Counted from the stretch's first letter, positions 38,110 to 47,263 are shown. The stretch is DNA of 64,000 nt from Candidatus Udaeobacter sp. (GCA_036495045.1 DASXNN010000093.1:27583-91582); one strand, 5' to 3'. Notes: a model not told the origin generated them from the letters alone. Translations and numbers: made by a program.

Positions 38110-39186
38110 TTATCCCGGAGATAAAGTCCTGGGATAACCGGTGATACAGATATTTTGGCCGATTCGTCGGTATGATACACAATCTAGACGGATCGCGTCG
38201 GCAGTACTCCCCGCTCCGCGGCCTGAAAATGCGATCACCGGTCCTCCTGTCAAAATCGGACCCAGATAAAGCTGAATCTTGTCAATCAGGCGCGCGTCGA
38301 GCGCTTGACCGAGAATTTCGCCACCCCCCTCAATCAACACGCTTGTCACATTTTTCTCCCCCAAGTCGTACAACACGGCAGCGAGGCGTTTGCGCTTATA
38401 GACCAACGTGCGTGCGGCTTGCCGATCAGAAAACAAGTGAGCGTGCGGTGGCAGATTTCCTGAACGAGTCAGCACGACGCGCCATGGTTGGCGGCCGTCC
38501 CGTATACCGCGCACGGTCAATCGCGGATTATCCACGCGAAGCGTTTCCGCTCCGATAAGAATTGCGTCGACGCGAGTGCGAAGCGTGCGCGCTTGAAGAC
38601 GAGCAGCAGAGCTTGTGATCCACGAGGGCTCACTCGGAGGGCGTCTCAATCGACCGTCGAGACTCATGCCGCATTTTGCGATCACAAAAGGTCGCCCGGT
38701 GACGATCCACTTGTTAAAGCCCTCGTTAAGACGCGCAGACTCCTGAGCCAAAATTCCCTCTCGTACATTGACACCAGCGTTTCGCAACTGTGTGATGCCT
38801 CTCCCGGAGTGACGAGGATTTACATCCACCGCTCCGGTGACGACATTTTTTACGCCGGCCTTAACGATTGCGTTCGTGCATGGGGCTGTACGCCCGAATG
38901 TCGAGCAGGGTTCCAGAGTGATATAGAGTGTGGCCCGGGCAGGTACTTTAGCGCCGAATGCGCGCAAGCATTCGACCTCAGCATGTCCGCGTCCCGCCTC
39001 TCGATGGTGGCCCTTGGCAACGATGCGATCGTCAACCACCAGAACTGCGCCGACAACTGGATTAGGGCTGGTCCGCCCTACCGCTTTTTGCGCTTCCTTT
39101 AAGGCCGCGCGCATAAAGCGTTCATCTTCTCGTTGTCTCGTCAGCGTCACGCCAAAATGAATAATTGCGGTTCCTAATTCCGGCAA
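38110..39186 (-). CDS. ribD: bifunctional riboflavin biosynthesis deaminase/reductase RibD
   Basis: Deaminase motif HAEVECL...PCSTFGRTAPC, with a C-terminal reductase domain. Start is ATG 39186 or GTG 39150. Confidence 0.9.
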   Translation of the reverse strand: MPELGTAIIHFGVTLTRQREDERFMRAALKEAQKAVGRTSPNPVVGAVLVVDDRIVAKGHHREAGRGHAEVECLRAFGAKVPARATLYITLEPCSTFGRTAPCTNAIVKAGVKNVVTGAVDVNPRHSGRGITQLRNAGVNVREGILAQESARLNEGFNKWIVTGRPFVIAKCGMSLDGRLRRPPSEPSWITSSAARLQARTLRTRVDAILIGAETLRVDNPRLTVRGIRDGRQPWRVVLTRSGNLPPHAHLFSDRQAARTLVYKRKRLAAVLYDLGEKNVTSVLIEGGGEILGQALDARLIDKIQLYLGPILTGGPVIAFSGRGAGSTADAIRLDCVSYRRIGQNICITGYPRTLSPG

Positions 39187-39216
39187 CGCTTTTTGCCCGC
39201 ACCGGGTTGGGCAAAC

Positions 39217-39750
39217 ATGTCACGCGTTTCAAGGCAGAATTTGGGATCCAGTGGGCCTCCTTATCTCCGCATCCACGACCCCGCTCAACAAGCGTTGGTC
39301 GCTTTGGGCGAGCATGATTTAAAAGCCGGAGGCGGCCGAGCAGGTTTGCGCCCCTATCTCGACCGAATGATTCACTTTTGGCGCGAGATATCGCTTGCGG
39401 ACTTTCCCTGTGCCGGAAAAGCAATCGACGAATGCTACGCGCTGCTTTTCGAATCCACATTCAGTTTAGCGCGATTGGAGCCCGCGTGGGGCATTGCCTG
39501 TCTAAACAAAGCAGCCGGCGAAGTGCACATCGATGCATTGCAACATTTCGCTAATCAGGTGAGAACTGCCACGATTGCTCACTCCGATCTCATTAACGCG
39601 TTGACGCATTTGTATGCGCCGCAGCGGGAACAAACCGCAACGTGGCAGAATCCAGTGAACGTGGCGTTGGCGGGCGAACTGTGGTTCTGGGCTGCCATTC
39701 ACTTAGTAGTCGGGCTTCAAGAGAATGACTGGTTATGGGCGTTTCACTAG
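39217..39750 (+). CDS. hypothetical protein; 5' half of a frame interrupted by an in-frame TAG
   Basis: ORF with no recognisable domain. The frame is open from 39193, with the first ATG at 39217. It ends at TAG 39748-39750 and continues in the same frame as the next ORF. Confidence 0.4.
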   Translation: MSRVSRQNLGSSGPPYLRIHDPAQQALVALGEHDLKAGGGRAGLRPYLDRMIHFWREISLADFPCAGKAIDECYALLFESTFSLARLEPAWGIACLNKAAGEVHIDALQHFANQVRTATIAHSDLINALTHLYAPQREQTATWQNPVNVALAGELWFWAAIHLVVGLQENDWLWAFH

Positions 39751-39762
39751 GCGATTGCCCAG

Positions 39763-40467
39763 TTGGCCGCGACTGATTGGAATGACGGTGATCGGCTGCA
39801 TATCCGCTTAATTCGGGAAGCGCCGATCCATGCTCCGGTTACGCCACGGGCTGAGTTAATGGCGCACCCCCTAATCCGACTGGCCCGACTCAAACACCGC
39901 GAAGGGAGCACTGAACAAATGCAGGTAGTCCGTTTTTTGAACTCGCAATGCATTCGCTCTCGAATCGAAAGCGAAGAACAATTTCTCGGGAGCGATCTAA
40001 CTCTAGCCCAGTGGACACGGGATGCCCGTGCATGGACGGCCGAGCGACGGCAGTCCGAACCGCGTGTTTACGACGCATTGGTCGAAGAAGCTGGCCAAGA
40101 AACGGTGGAGCGGACGCGACGCTTTTACTTCGAGCAACTGGGCGAGAGCCCTGAGCAAGTCGATGCTTTGGATGCGACAGCACTGTTGATGCGTTGGGCG
40201 AGAGCTAAACGCGGCTGCCAATGCACGGGCTATCGCGGGGAACTTTGGGAATTTATCGTTGAGATTGTCGATGCGGCTTTGTGGTTGGGCTGGTTATTCC
40301 CACAGAAATCGAAGGCCAGATCATCTACAGAGCGCCTCAGGCCGGGCGCGAGTCGGTTCACCAGTTACGGCCGTGTCACTCTTAAAAATTTGATAAACTT
40401 CTCCGAGCGCAGGAGGAACAACTGTCACAGCCTGGGCCGCATTTCCGGCCAAGCTGTTCATCTGTAA
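39763..40467 (+). CDS. hypothetical protein; 3' half of the same frame
   Basis: Same reading frame as 39193-39750 (offset 570 nt). No recognisable domain. The last 147 nt overlap the convergent GT-C gene. Confidence 0.35.
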   Translation: MAATDWNDGDRLHIRLIREAPIHAPVTPRAELMAHPLIRLARLKHREGSTEQMQVVRFLNSQCIRSRIESEEQFLGSDLTLAQWTRDARAWTAERRQSEPRVYDALVEEAGQETVERTRRFYFEQLGESPEQVDALDATALLMRWARAKRGCQCTGYRGELWEFIVEIVDAALWLGWLFPQKSKARSSTERLRPGASRFTSYGRVTLKNLINFSERRRNNCHSLGRISGQAVHL

Positions 40468-42015
40468 AAAATTGTGCCTCGCGTCTGGGAAAACCGAATT
40501 TTCCTCTGTAAATGTCAGATAGAGCGCCTTCACTTGCGGTGAGAAGGTCGCCTTAACCGTTGCCTCCGCGTCTGGCTTTTGCGCTGACCAATCTTTGAAG
40601 GCCCACCACCTATCTCTTATCTTCCGCCCTATTTTGGGTCGACACAAGGCTGCCAATTGGTTTCCAATGCCCCAATCGACGCAATAAATCTTATTCACCT
40701 GCTTTCCGTTAATATTCAGATAATCCGCGAGTAATTCCACGCGTGGACTCCACCGGCCGCGAAAGGAGCTTGCGTTGCGGAAAAGTCGAAAGTGGCTCTG
40801 TAAACTTTGCATCTCAGAACCCGCCCAAATCAATAAAACGATTCCTTCCAGCAGCGTCGCGACATAGCGCTTCCGACCGGACATGGTGTTCGTGAAGAGA
40901 AATGCCGCAGCGAAACAGGCTAATAAATCTAGAGGAAAGAGCATCAGAGTGTGGTGTGGACCTTCAGCTTGGGGCGTGATTACAATCTGCGCGAAAATCG
41001 CAGTAAACATTAGCAAGCACCAGATGCAGAACCGAAGAGCCCGGGAGTAAACGGGAAAGTTCGAACCCGGCCCGCGACGGTAAAATGCAAAATTCAGCAA
41101 TAGAAAACTCGCGGTGGCAGCCAGTACTGCCCAACCGGGCCACAACGGGATGGAAGAAGGCGCCTTGAACCACAAGAACGCGGTGGCACCGCCGGTCGAA
41201 GTGACATCGTAGAGCAACCACATTTGTAGGATTCTGCCCGAGACCGACTGTATATGGGGAGGCTGCACCAGCGGCAGGACGATCAATAAAACGAGAGCTC
41301 CCGCGGCGATGATAGCCGTCGCGATTGCAGCGACGAGGTTCTTGGAAACACCTGTCAGCTTCGCGCGAATCTCTCTCCAGTAGACGACGAGGGTTGCGCC
41401 AAGTAAAGCCACAACGAACCAAATAAAATTAAATTTGTCGAAAAATCCCAGACCGCAACCCGTGATCGCTCCGGCTAAAGGCCACGAGAAAAGACGTGAG
41501 GTTTCCAGCCATTTGACCAAAAGATAGAGACACAGTGCCTTGAAGAAGAGCATGAGGACGACGGGCCCCCAGTCCACCTTCGTTTGCAGGACAAAGCCTG
41601 GGTGAACCACACACGCCGCGGTGAATGCGATCGCCCACCCGGGGGTTAAATTCCTGCGGACGAGTGCATACCCTAACGCCAGAGTGCCGCATGAGATCAA
41701 CACAACCGGGAGACGGATGCTCACGGCAGAAACGCCGAACAACGCGAAAACAGGTATGTAGGTCCAAGCTTTTAATGCTCCGACGTAGGGAGCAATCAGC
41801 AGCGGTATGCCTAGCCAGCCTCGGTACGGCCGTTTCCCAGTCGCTGCCCCGACGAAATCCATTTCGTCCATATAAAGCCCGGGCGAGTGAATTTGATAAG
41901 TGGCGAAGGCTGTGAAGGCGAGTAGCAAGCCGAGTAATGTGAGCTGCTCCCACCGCCTCCAATTCTTAAAGGGAGCTACCAACGGCAAGAACCATCGCTG
42001 TTTGGAATTCTGCAA
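40321..42015 (-). CDS. GT-C fold membrane glycosyltransferase (family 39/83, ArnT/PMT-like)
   Basis: 564 aa with about 12 TM helices. First-loop acidic motif YMDEMDF and the typical ArnT-like N-terminal topology. Confidence 0.75.
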   Translation of the reverse strand: MQNSKQRWFLPLVAPFKNWRRWEQLTLLGLLLAFTAFATYQIHSPGLYMDEMDFVGAATGKRPYRGWLGIPLLIAPYVGALKAWTYIPVFALFGVSAVSIRLPVVLISCGTLALGYALVRRNLTPGWAIAFTAACVVHPGFVLQTKVDWGPVVLMLFFKALCLYLLVKWLETSRLFSWPLAGAITGCGLGFFDKFNFIWFVVALLGATLVVYWREIRAKLTGVSKNLVAAIATAIIAAGALVLLIVLPLVQPPHIQSVSGRILQMWLLYDVTSTGGATAFLWFKAPSSIPLWPGWAVLAATASFLLLNFAFYRRGPGSNFPVYSRALRFCIWCLLMFTAIFAQIVITPQAEGPHHTLMLFPLDLLACFAAAFLFTNTMSGRKRYVATLLEGIVLLIWAGSEMQSLQSHFRLFRNASSFRGRWSPRVELLADYLNINGKQVNKIYCVDWGIGNQLAALCRPKIGRKIRDRWWAFKDWSAQKPDAEATVKATFSPQVKALYLTFTEENSVFPDARHNFLQMNSLAGNAAQAVTVVPPALGEVYQIFKSDTAVTGEPTRARPEALCR

Positions 42016-42055
42016 CAGAGCGCGAATTGAATTCGAAACCGAACGAATTTAATTG

Positions 42056-42538
42056 TCACACACGGCTACCATCCGCTGCCGCTTCTATCGCCGTGTAGGC
42101 ACCTGGCGCCAAGGTCTGTAGAGTGGCTGATTCAGATGGATTGGCTGGCGCGGTTGTGATTATGGTGTTAGCTTGCTTTGAAGAACCATCCAGAAAGCTG
42201 TAAGTCAGTCTAACGGTGTTGGCATATCCATCGTAAAGTCCATATACTGGCAAAAGAATCGCCCCGGTTGTTGGGTTTTCAAAGCCCCGGTCCGGGAGGT
42301 AGTTGTTAAAATAAGTGCCGGACAGTGGCCGGGTGACGGAGCCTGGTTTCGGCGTGATCGTGAACTGAATGCTCTTCAGAACGCTCGTATTGCTCACCGC
42401 TAAGGTCAATTTACTGATGAAAGGCGCGTAACACCTGCCGTCTGGCTGGTGATTGTTATCGTGGTAATATCCGCCTGACTGGCGCTGGCGAGATGGGAGA
42501 AGACCATGAAGACGGCGCCGAGAACGATTAATGAGCAT
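42056..42538 (-). pseudogene. probable gene remnant (arylsulfotransferase-N-like piece plus PGAYTA-type C-terminal piece)
   Basis: The 160-aa ORF has an implausible N-terminus. The middle part (LLPVYGLYDGYANTVRLTY) recalls the ASST N-terminal domain. The end (SESATLQTLAPGAYTAIEAAADGS) recalls an unrelated secreted-protein domain. No signal peptide and no RBS. Confidence 0.3.
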
Positions 42539-43089
42539 GTTTTCATAAAGCGTTTACTTTTTTTTTGAGGTTTTCTTCAAGAAAAGTGCCCGAGCGTGTC
42601 GAAGGGAGCCATTTGAGTCCAGCAAAAACTTCGGTCAGACGCAATTTTTTCCTTGACGGATTCTCGAACTCAAACGCGCAGCGAGATCATGGCGTGCACG
42701 AATCAAAGAGGCGCTACAGTCTAGCGGCCGCACGACCACCCGAATGCCGGCGTGGACGGCGACTCGGTTGAAAATATCCGCCTAAGGTCAATTTTTACCG
42801 TCTCGCCCGACGGGCATGGTCTGCTTTCCACCGAAAAATTCTCGAAAAATCGATTTGACGAGGGTCCTGCCTGTCGCTGCGTTAACAACCCCGCCAGACG
42901 CGGGACTCCTCTAATCAGGAGTCGGTTCTTGTACATTTGGGGACTGCAAATTGGACTCAATTTTGTCCCGGCATGATTTTCGGCAACGAAATTATAGTCG
43001 GCGTGAAATTGAGTTTTTTTGTCGCCTGAATGTGCGAAAAACGGCTGGTTCTTTGACATCTACATACAGGGTAGTAAGAAAGTACAACT

Positions 43090-43653
43090 TTAAGAGCTGA
43101 GTCTGAAATATTTATGTGGCACGGGCATCCTGCCTGTGATTCCAAGCGCGGCCGCCGCGCTGATTGCTCTCTCCTTCGACAGCAGCCAAACACTGAGCAA
43201 AAGAAAAAAACCGACCGCCGAATCGACATTACCGTGATACGCGGAGAGAATTATCGCAAGCGGACTGAGCCAGTAACACGCTGCTACTACGAATCGCCAG
43301 GGACTCGCCACTAGCAACCTCAGCAACACAAACGCACCAGCCGCGTCGAGCAATGCGAACGGCGCGCGCAAAAAGATTCGATATGAGATACCTGTTGCGT
43401 CCGACATACCCAACAGAACTGCCTCAATCTCGCTAATAAACGGGGGATGATTCGCCGACCCGTTGACATGGTAACAACCGACTACTCCTCGCTCGATCAC
43501 GTCGCTTGAGTGACCTTCCCAAAGCTGAGCGTCGAACGTTCCTTCGGTAAATACGACGAGGTAAAAGCGAATGGCTGCGCCCAGCACAATCGCCATCCAA
43601 AACCAAAGACCCGCGCGGCTAAACGTCATGCTCAATTCGTTTGTGTTTTGCAT
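43090..43653 (-). pseudogene. truncated membrane glycosyltransferase (DUF2029/GT87-like N-terminal ~190 aa) ending inside a hairpin repeat
   Basis: Starts MQNTNELSMTFSRAGLWFWMAIVLGAAIRFYLV. 4-5 TM helices, then an abrupt end ...ITGRMPVPHKYFRLSS encoded by the hairpin at 43120-43138. Full-length relatives are about twice as long. Confidence 0.4.
43120..43138. repeat. 8-bp/3-nt-loop hairpin CACGGGCA-tcc-TGCCTGTG (REP-like)
   Basis: Seen directly; one G-T pair. Its translation (GRMPVPH) resembles repeat-derived peptide tails I recall from PVC-group genomes. Only one copy lies in this window. Confidence 0.35.
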
Positions 43654-44266
43654 AAACACACATTTTGCGAGCACCCAAGATCGACATCTTGTCGGCGAGG
43701 CGCTCGAAATTCTCGCCGAGTTGTGCGTGCGAATACGCGTCGGACGCGGTTGTGAACCGGATACCCTTTTGGATTGCGAGCTGGATGATGCGGTCGCTCG
43801 GATAAAGTTCGTTGACCGGTTTGCGCCAGGCGATGCCGGGTTTTTCATTGAAGGCGTGGTTTTCCGACCATTTTGTGAGGGCATCCTGCGCTGAGTTCAG
43901 CAGATAAATTTCAATCCGTTGGTCAGTCGGAAACTCGAGCGTGATCGCGCGCTTTGCTTGATTGGTCAAAGTCGCCTTGATTTCCAGCTGCCGGATTTTG
44001 GAGAGCTTGACCGGTTGCGGGGTGACTTGCAGGTCGAGAATAAGCCCGCGCAACTTCGGGTCGTTATACGTTGGGAGTACCTCAGAAGAAGAAAACGGAT
44101 GCAGAATTCGGCCGAACCAGCCTCGTTTCTGCATGATCGTGGTCGTGGCCGGCGCGCTTGCGGGGTCGTTTAAAAGCCAGATATCGTCGGCCGCTCGATT
44201 TTTTGCAGATGTCGATCTTGCGCCGGACCATCGCCTTGCCGATGCATAAGTCCTTAGAAAAACCAC
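43619..44266 (-). CDS. chimeric-looking ORF: BsuPI-like beta-sandwich N-part fused to a PHP histidinol-phosphatase C-terminal remnant
   Basis: ITLEFPTDQRIEIYLLNSAQDALTKWSENHAF fits the BsuPI inhibitor-domain pattern. The last ~72 aa (43619-43837), RKPVNELYPSDRIIQLAIQKGIRFTTASDAYSHAQLGENF, fit the HisJ/HisK C-terminus, with SDAH changed to SDAY. Confidence 0.4.
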   Translation of the reverse strand: MVFLRTYASARRWSGARSTSAKNRAADDIWLLNDPASAPATTTIMQKRGWFGRILHPFSSSEVLPTYNDPKLRGLILDLQVTPQPVKLSKIRQLEIKATLTNQAKRAITLEFPTDQRIEIYLLNSAQDALTKWSENHAFNEKPGIAWRKPVNELYPSDRIIQLAIQKGIRFTTASDAYSHAQLGENFERLADKMSILGARKMCVYAKHKRIEHDV

Positions 44267-44325
44267 TTTTCCTTGAATAAGCGAACCAATTTTCTACAAT
44301 CAGCGTTTTGCCGTCTTCTACCCAA

Positions 44326-45726
44326 ATGAAAAGCCAGCTGCCGGATGCGACAGCATCCTTTTTGTCGCCTGCGACGCCGGCCGAACAGAGCTCGGGAGCG
44401 AATGCTTCGCTCAGCTGTTCGGTTATTATACCTGTTTGGTGTGGAGGAACGAACTTTGCAAAATGTTTGTCGTCGGCGATGGCCGCAATTCAGAACGATG
44501 ACGAAATCATTGTCGTGGCCGACGGGGAAAGCGACGGGTCATGGCGAATCGCGGAGCAAATGAGTGTTCCCGTAGTCAAGCTCCGGGCAACGAGCGGACC
44601 GGGGCGAGCGCGGAATGTCGGAGCGGAAACTTCAAAATGCGACATTCTGTTCTTTATCGACGCAGATGTAACCATTCCTCCTGATTCGATCGAACGGATC
44701 AGATCAATTTTCGAGACGGAGAAAGATCTCGCCGCGTTAATCGGTTCTTACGATGAGCAACCGTCCGAAGCGAATTTTCATTCCCAATACAAGAATTTGT
44801 TCCACTATTATGTTCATCAACACGGGCGCACCGAAGCGTCGACGTTTTGGGGAGCCTGCGGAGCCATCCGACGCGAGGTCTTTCTCAAGGCCGGAGGGTT
44901 CGACCCAAGTTACAACCGACCGTGCATCGAAGACATCGAGCTGGGTTACCGGCTCAAAGCTGCCTCGGAGAAAATTCGGCTCGTTCCCGATCTCCAAGTC
45001 AAACACCTAAAGAGGTGGAACGCGTATTCGCTTATCGAAACCGATGTGTTCGATCGAGCGACACCGTGGACAGAACTCATTTGGGATCGCTTTATCCGGC
45101 GCAGACCGCTTGTTCGTCATGACCTAAACTTGGGTGTTTCCTACCGGCTGAGTTTGATTACCTCATTTCTCTTCGTAGCGGCACTGGTTGGAGCCTTATT
45201 CACGCGTTGGGCAGTGCCGTTCGTTTTGCTGTTCGGCTTTTTGTTCGTCTTACTCCAGGTTCCTTTCTTTAGCTTCTTCAGGATGAAGCGGGGACTTTCA
45301 TTTGCGTTTCGCGCGTTAGCCTGGCGATTTGGCTACGATCTCTACAGCGGGCTGGGATTCTTTTACGGGTCTTTGCGTTTCGCCAATTCCTCGACCAAAA
45401 AGATCCTTGGGCAGGCTTTCGCCAAGCTGGACGCAGTGGCACTCGGTGTCGCAGTCGGAACGGTGTGGGGTGGCGCAATCTGGTTGATGACTGTTTTGCT
45501 GCTGGCAAAGGGGGGCGAACGGATCGGCCCAAACCTCTCGCTTCTCAGTCAATTTATACCGGGCTACAGCGTGACGTGGATAGGAAGTCTCGTTGGTTTG
45601 CTCTACGGCTTTGGAACTGGATTTGTTTTTGGTTTCGCTTTTGCGCGTGCTCGCAATACGGCAATGAGATTACATCTGGGTTCACGTAAACTTCGAAGAC
45701 ACTTTGCCGCGTTGCGCCATGAATAG
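44326..45726 (+). CDS. family 2 glycosyltransferase fused to a C-terminal multi-TM domain
   Basis: SVIIPVWCGG, VVADGESDGS, FIDADV and the ED motif CIEDIELGYR. The C-terminal ~190 aa are membrane-embedded. Start is ATG 44326 or TTG 44308. Confidence 0.8.
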   Translation: MKSQLPDATASFLSPATPAEQSSGANASLSCSVIIPVWCGGTNFAKCLSSAMAAIQNDDEIIVVADGESDGSWRIAEQMSVPVVKLRATSGPGRARNVGAETSKCDILFFIDADVTIPPDSIERIRSIFETEKDLAALIGSYDEQPSEANFHSQYKNLFHYYVHQHGRTEASTFWGACGAIRREVFLKAGGFDPSYNRPCIEDIELGYRLKAASEKIRLVPDLQVKHLKRWNAYSLIETDVFDRATPWTELIWDRFIRRRPLVRHDLNLGVSYRLSLITSFLFVAALVGALFTRWAVPFVLLFGFLFVLLQVPFFSFFRMKRGLSFAFRALAWRFGYDLYSGLGFFYGSLRFANSSTKKILGQAFAKLDAVALGVAVGTVWGGAIWLMTVLLLAKGGERIGPNLSLLSQFIPGYSVTWIGSLVGLLYGFGTGFVFGFAFARARNTAMRLHLGSRKLRRHFAALRHE

Positions 45727-45801
45727 CGCGCAGTCTTTGGTTTACCGGTCCTCAAGAATGTTCGCCAACCTTGAGCAAACACCCCAGAGAACAGCGCGTT
45801 C

Positions 45802-46152
45802 ATGACTCCGGCCGAGTCTGATCCGCTTGCATCGCGCAGCAATGGCGGGGCAAGACGAATCGAGGAAGAAGAGCTTCTCAAAGAAGTAATCCGCTTAAGT
45901 CGTAATGTACTCGGACTAACTCTAGGCATATTCTTCGCGTTTGGCATTTTTCTGGCGACTAACATTCTTGTGCTCAAAGGTGGTCCAGCTGTCGGTAGCC
46001 ATCTTCAGCTTCTGAATCAGTACTTTCCAGGTTACAGAGTTACATTCGGAGGCAGTTTCCTTGGCGCGGCCTACGGCTTTGCAGTTGGCTACGTGAGCGG
46101 CTGGATCATCGCTGCGATCTATAACTGGATTGTGTTATCTCGGCATAGGTAG
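45802..46152 (+). CDS. small membrane protein paralogous to the C-terminal module of the preceding GT2
   Basis: 116 aa with 2-3 TM helices. About 43% identical over 77 aa to residues ~374-450 of the GT2 (hand alignment). Shared motif LL.Q(F/Y).PGY.VT..GS..G..YGF..G. Confidence 0.6.
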   Translation: MTPAESDPLASRSNGGARRIEEEELLKEVIRLSRNVLGLTLGIFFAFGIFLATNILVLKGGPAVGSHLQLLNQYFPGYRVTFGGSFLGAAYGFAVGYVSGWIIAAIYNWIVLSRHR

Positions 46153-46180
46153 AACATCGATCGGATAGCGATCGCACACC

Positions 46181-47227
46181 ATGCCTCCCCTACGAATAGG
46201 TCTGATCGGTTGCGGGCACATGGGCCGCGTTGTCCACCTCAACAGCCTGCGACGATTGCCACAGGTCGAAGTCTTGGCACTGGCTGAGTCGGATGCAGAA
46301 CGCCGAGAGCAAGCAAGCCAGCAGTTCCCGCGAGCTGCGCTATTTTCCGATTATCGCGAACTCCTCGATCGGCCGGAGATTGACGCGACGGTTATCTGCC
46401 TTCCAAACGCACTTCACGCTGAAGCTGCCATCGCCGCGCTGCACAGTGGCAAGCATCTTTATCTGGAAAAGCCGCTGGCCATCAATGTGGAGGATGGCCG
46501 CAAATTGCTCGACGTATGGCGTCGTTCAGGGCGAGTGGGCATGATCGGTTTTAATTACCGATTCAACCAACTCCATCAGCAAGTCCGGCGACATCTTGAA
46601 GCAGGGCGACTCGGCGAGCTGATCGCCGTTCGTTCGGTTTTTACCACCGCGCCCCATCACCTGCCCGAGTGGAGGCAGCGGCGGGCAAGCGGTGGCGGAG
46701 CTCTTTTGGACCTGGCCTCGCATCATGTAGATCTCGTGCGTTTTTGGTTCAATCAGAGACCGCTCGAAGTCCGCGCCACGATCAAATCCGAACGTGTCGA
46801 AGCCGATACCGCAACGCTCGAGTTGCGATTGGCAAACGGCTTGGTAATCCAATCATTCTTTTCCATGAGTTCAATAGATGACGATCGCTTCGAAATCTAT
46901 GGCCGGCGCGGCAAATTGTGTCTCGACCGTTACAATTCTTGGAATGTCGATCTGACGGGTTTAAGACGCGCCTCGGACTCTCTCCGACGTGTTAGGCAAG
47001 CGCTAGCTTGGCTTCCGCGCAGCCGATTCGCCATAAATAAACTGCTCGCCCCCGGACGAGAACCATCTTTCGCCGCGGCCCTCGCACACTTTGTTGTCGC
47101 GGCACAACAGGGACGGCAAACGAGTCCGAATCTTGAAGACGGCTTCCAGAATCTGGCCGTCATAACGGCTGCTGAAGAATCCGCTCGCACCGGTCATTCC
47201 GTACCGCTCGCGCCTTTTCCAGAATGA
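46181..47227 (+). CDS. Gfo/Idh/MocA-family NAD(P)-dependent oxidoreductase
   Basis: Rossmann N-terminus IGLIGCGHMG, then LYLEKPLA and a C-terminal alpha/beta domain. Confidence 0.85.
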   Translation: MPPLRIGLIGCGHMGRVVHLNSLRRLPQVEVLALAESDAERREQASQQFPRAALFSDYRELLDRPEIDATVICLPNALHAEAAIAALHSGKHLYLEKPLAINVEDGRKLLDVWRRSGRVGMIGFNYRFNQLHQQVRRHLEAGRLGELIAVRSVFTTAPHHLPEWRQRRASGGGALLDLASHHVDLVRFWFNQRPLEVRATIKSERVEADTATLELRLANGLVIQSFFSMSSIDDDRFEIYGRRGKLCLDRYNSWNVDLTGLRRASDSLRRVRQALAWLPRSRFAINKLLAPGREPSFAAALAHFVVAAQQGRQTSPNLEDGFQNLAVITAAEESARTGHSVPLAPFPE

Positions 47228-47263
47228 AGATCTTTTCGCTTGAATCGTTGAAACTAAACAGCG

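Noticed and set aside
39187-39300. FMN riboswitch (RFN element) upstream of ribD
   Set aside because: No RFN-like conserved core could be found by eye on the minus strand. The region is occupied by the start of a divergent ORF.
42721-43059. 112-aa minus-strand ORF in the gap between the two gene remnants
   Set aside because: No RBS and no recognisable motif, with a composition unlike real proteins of this window. It lies in the decayed region and is treated as non-coding.
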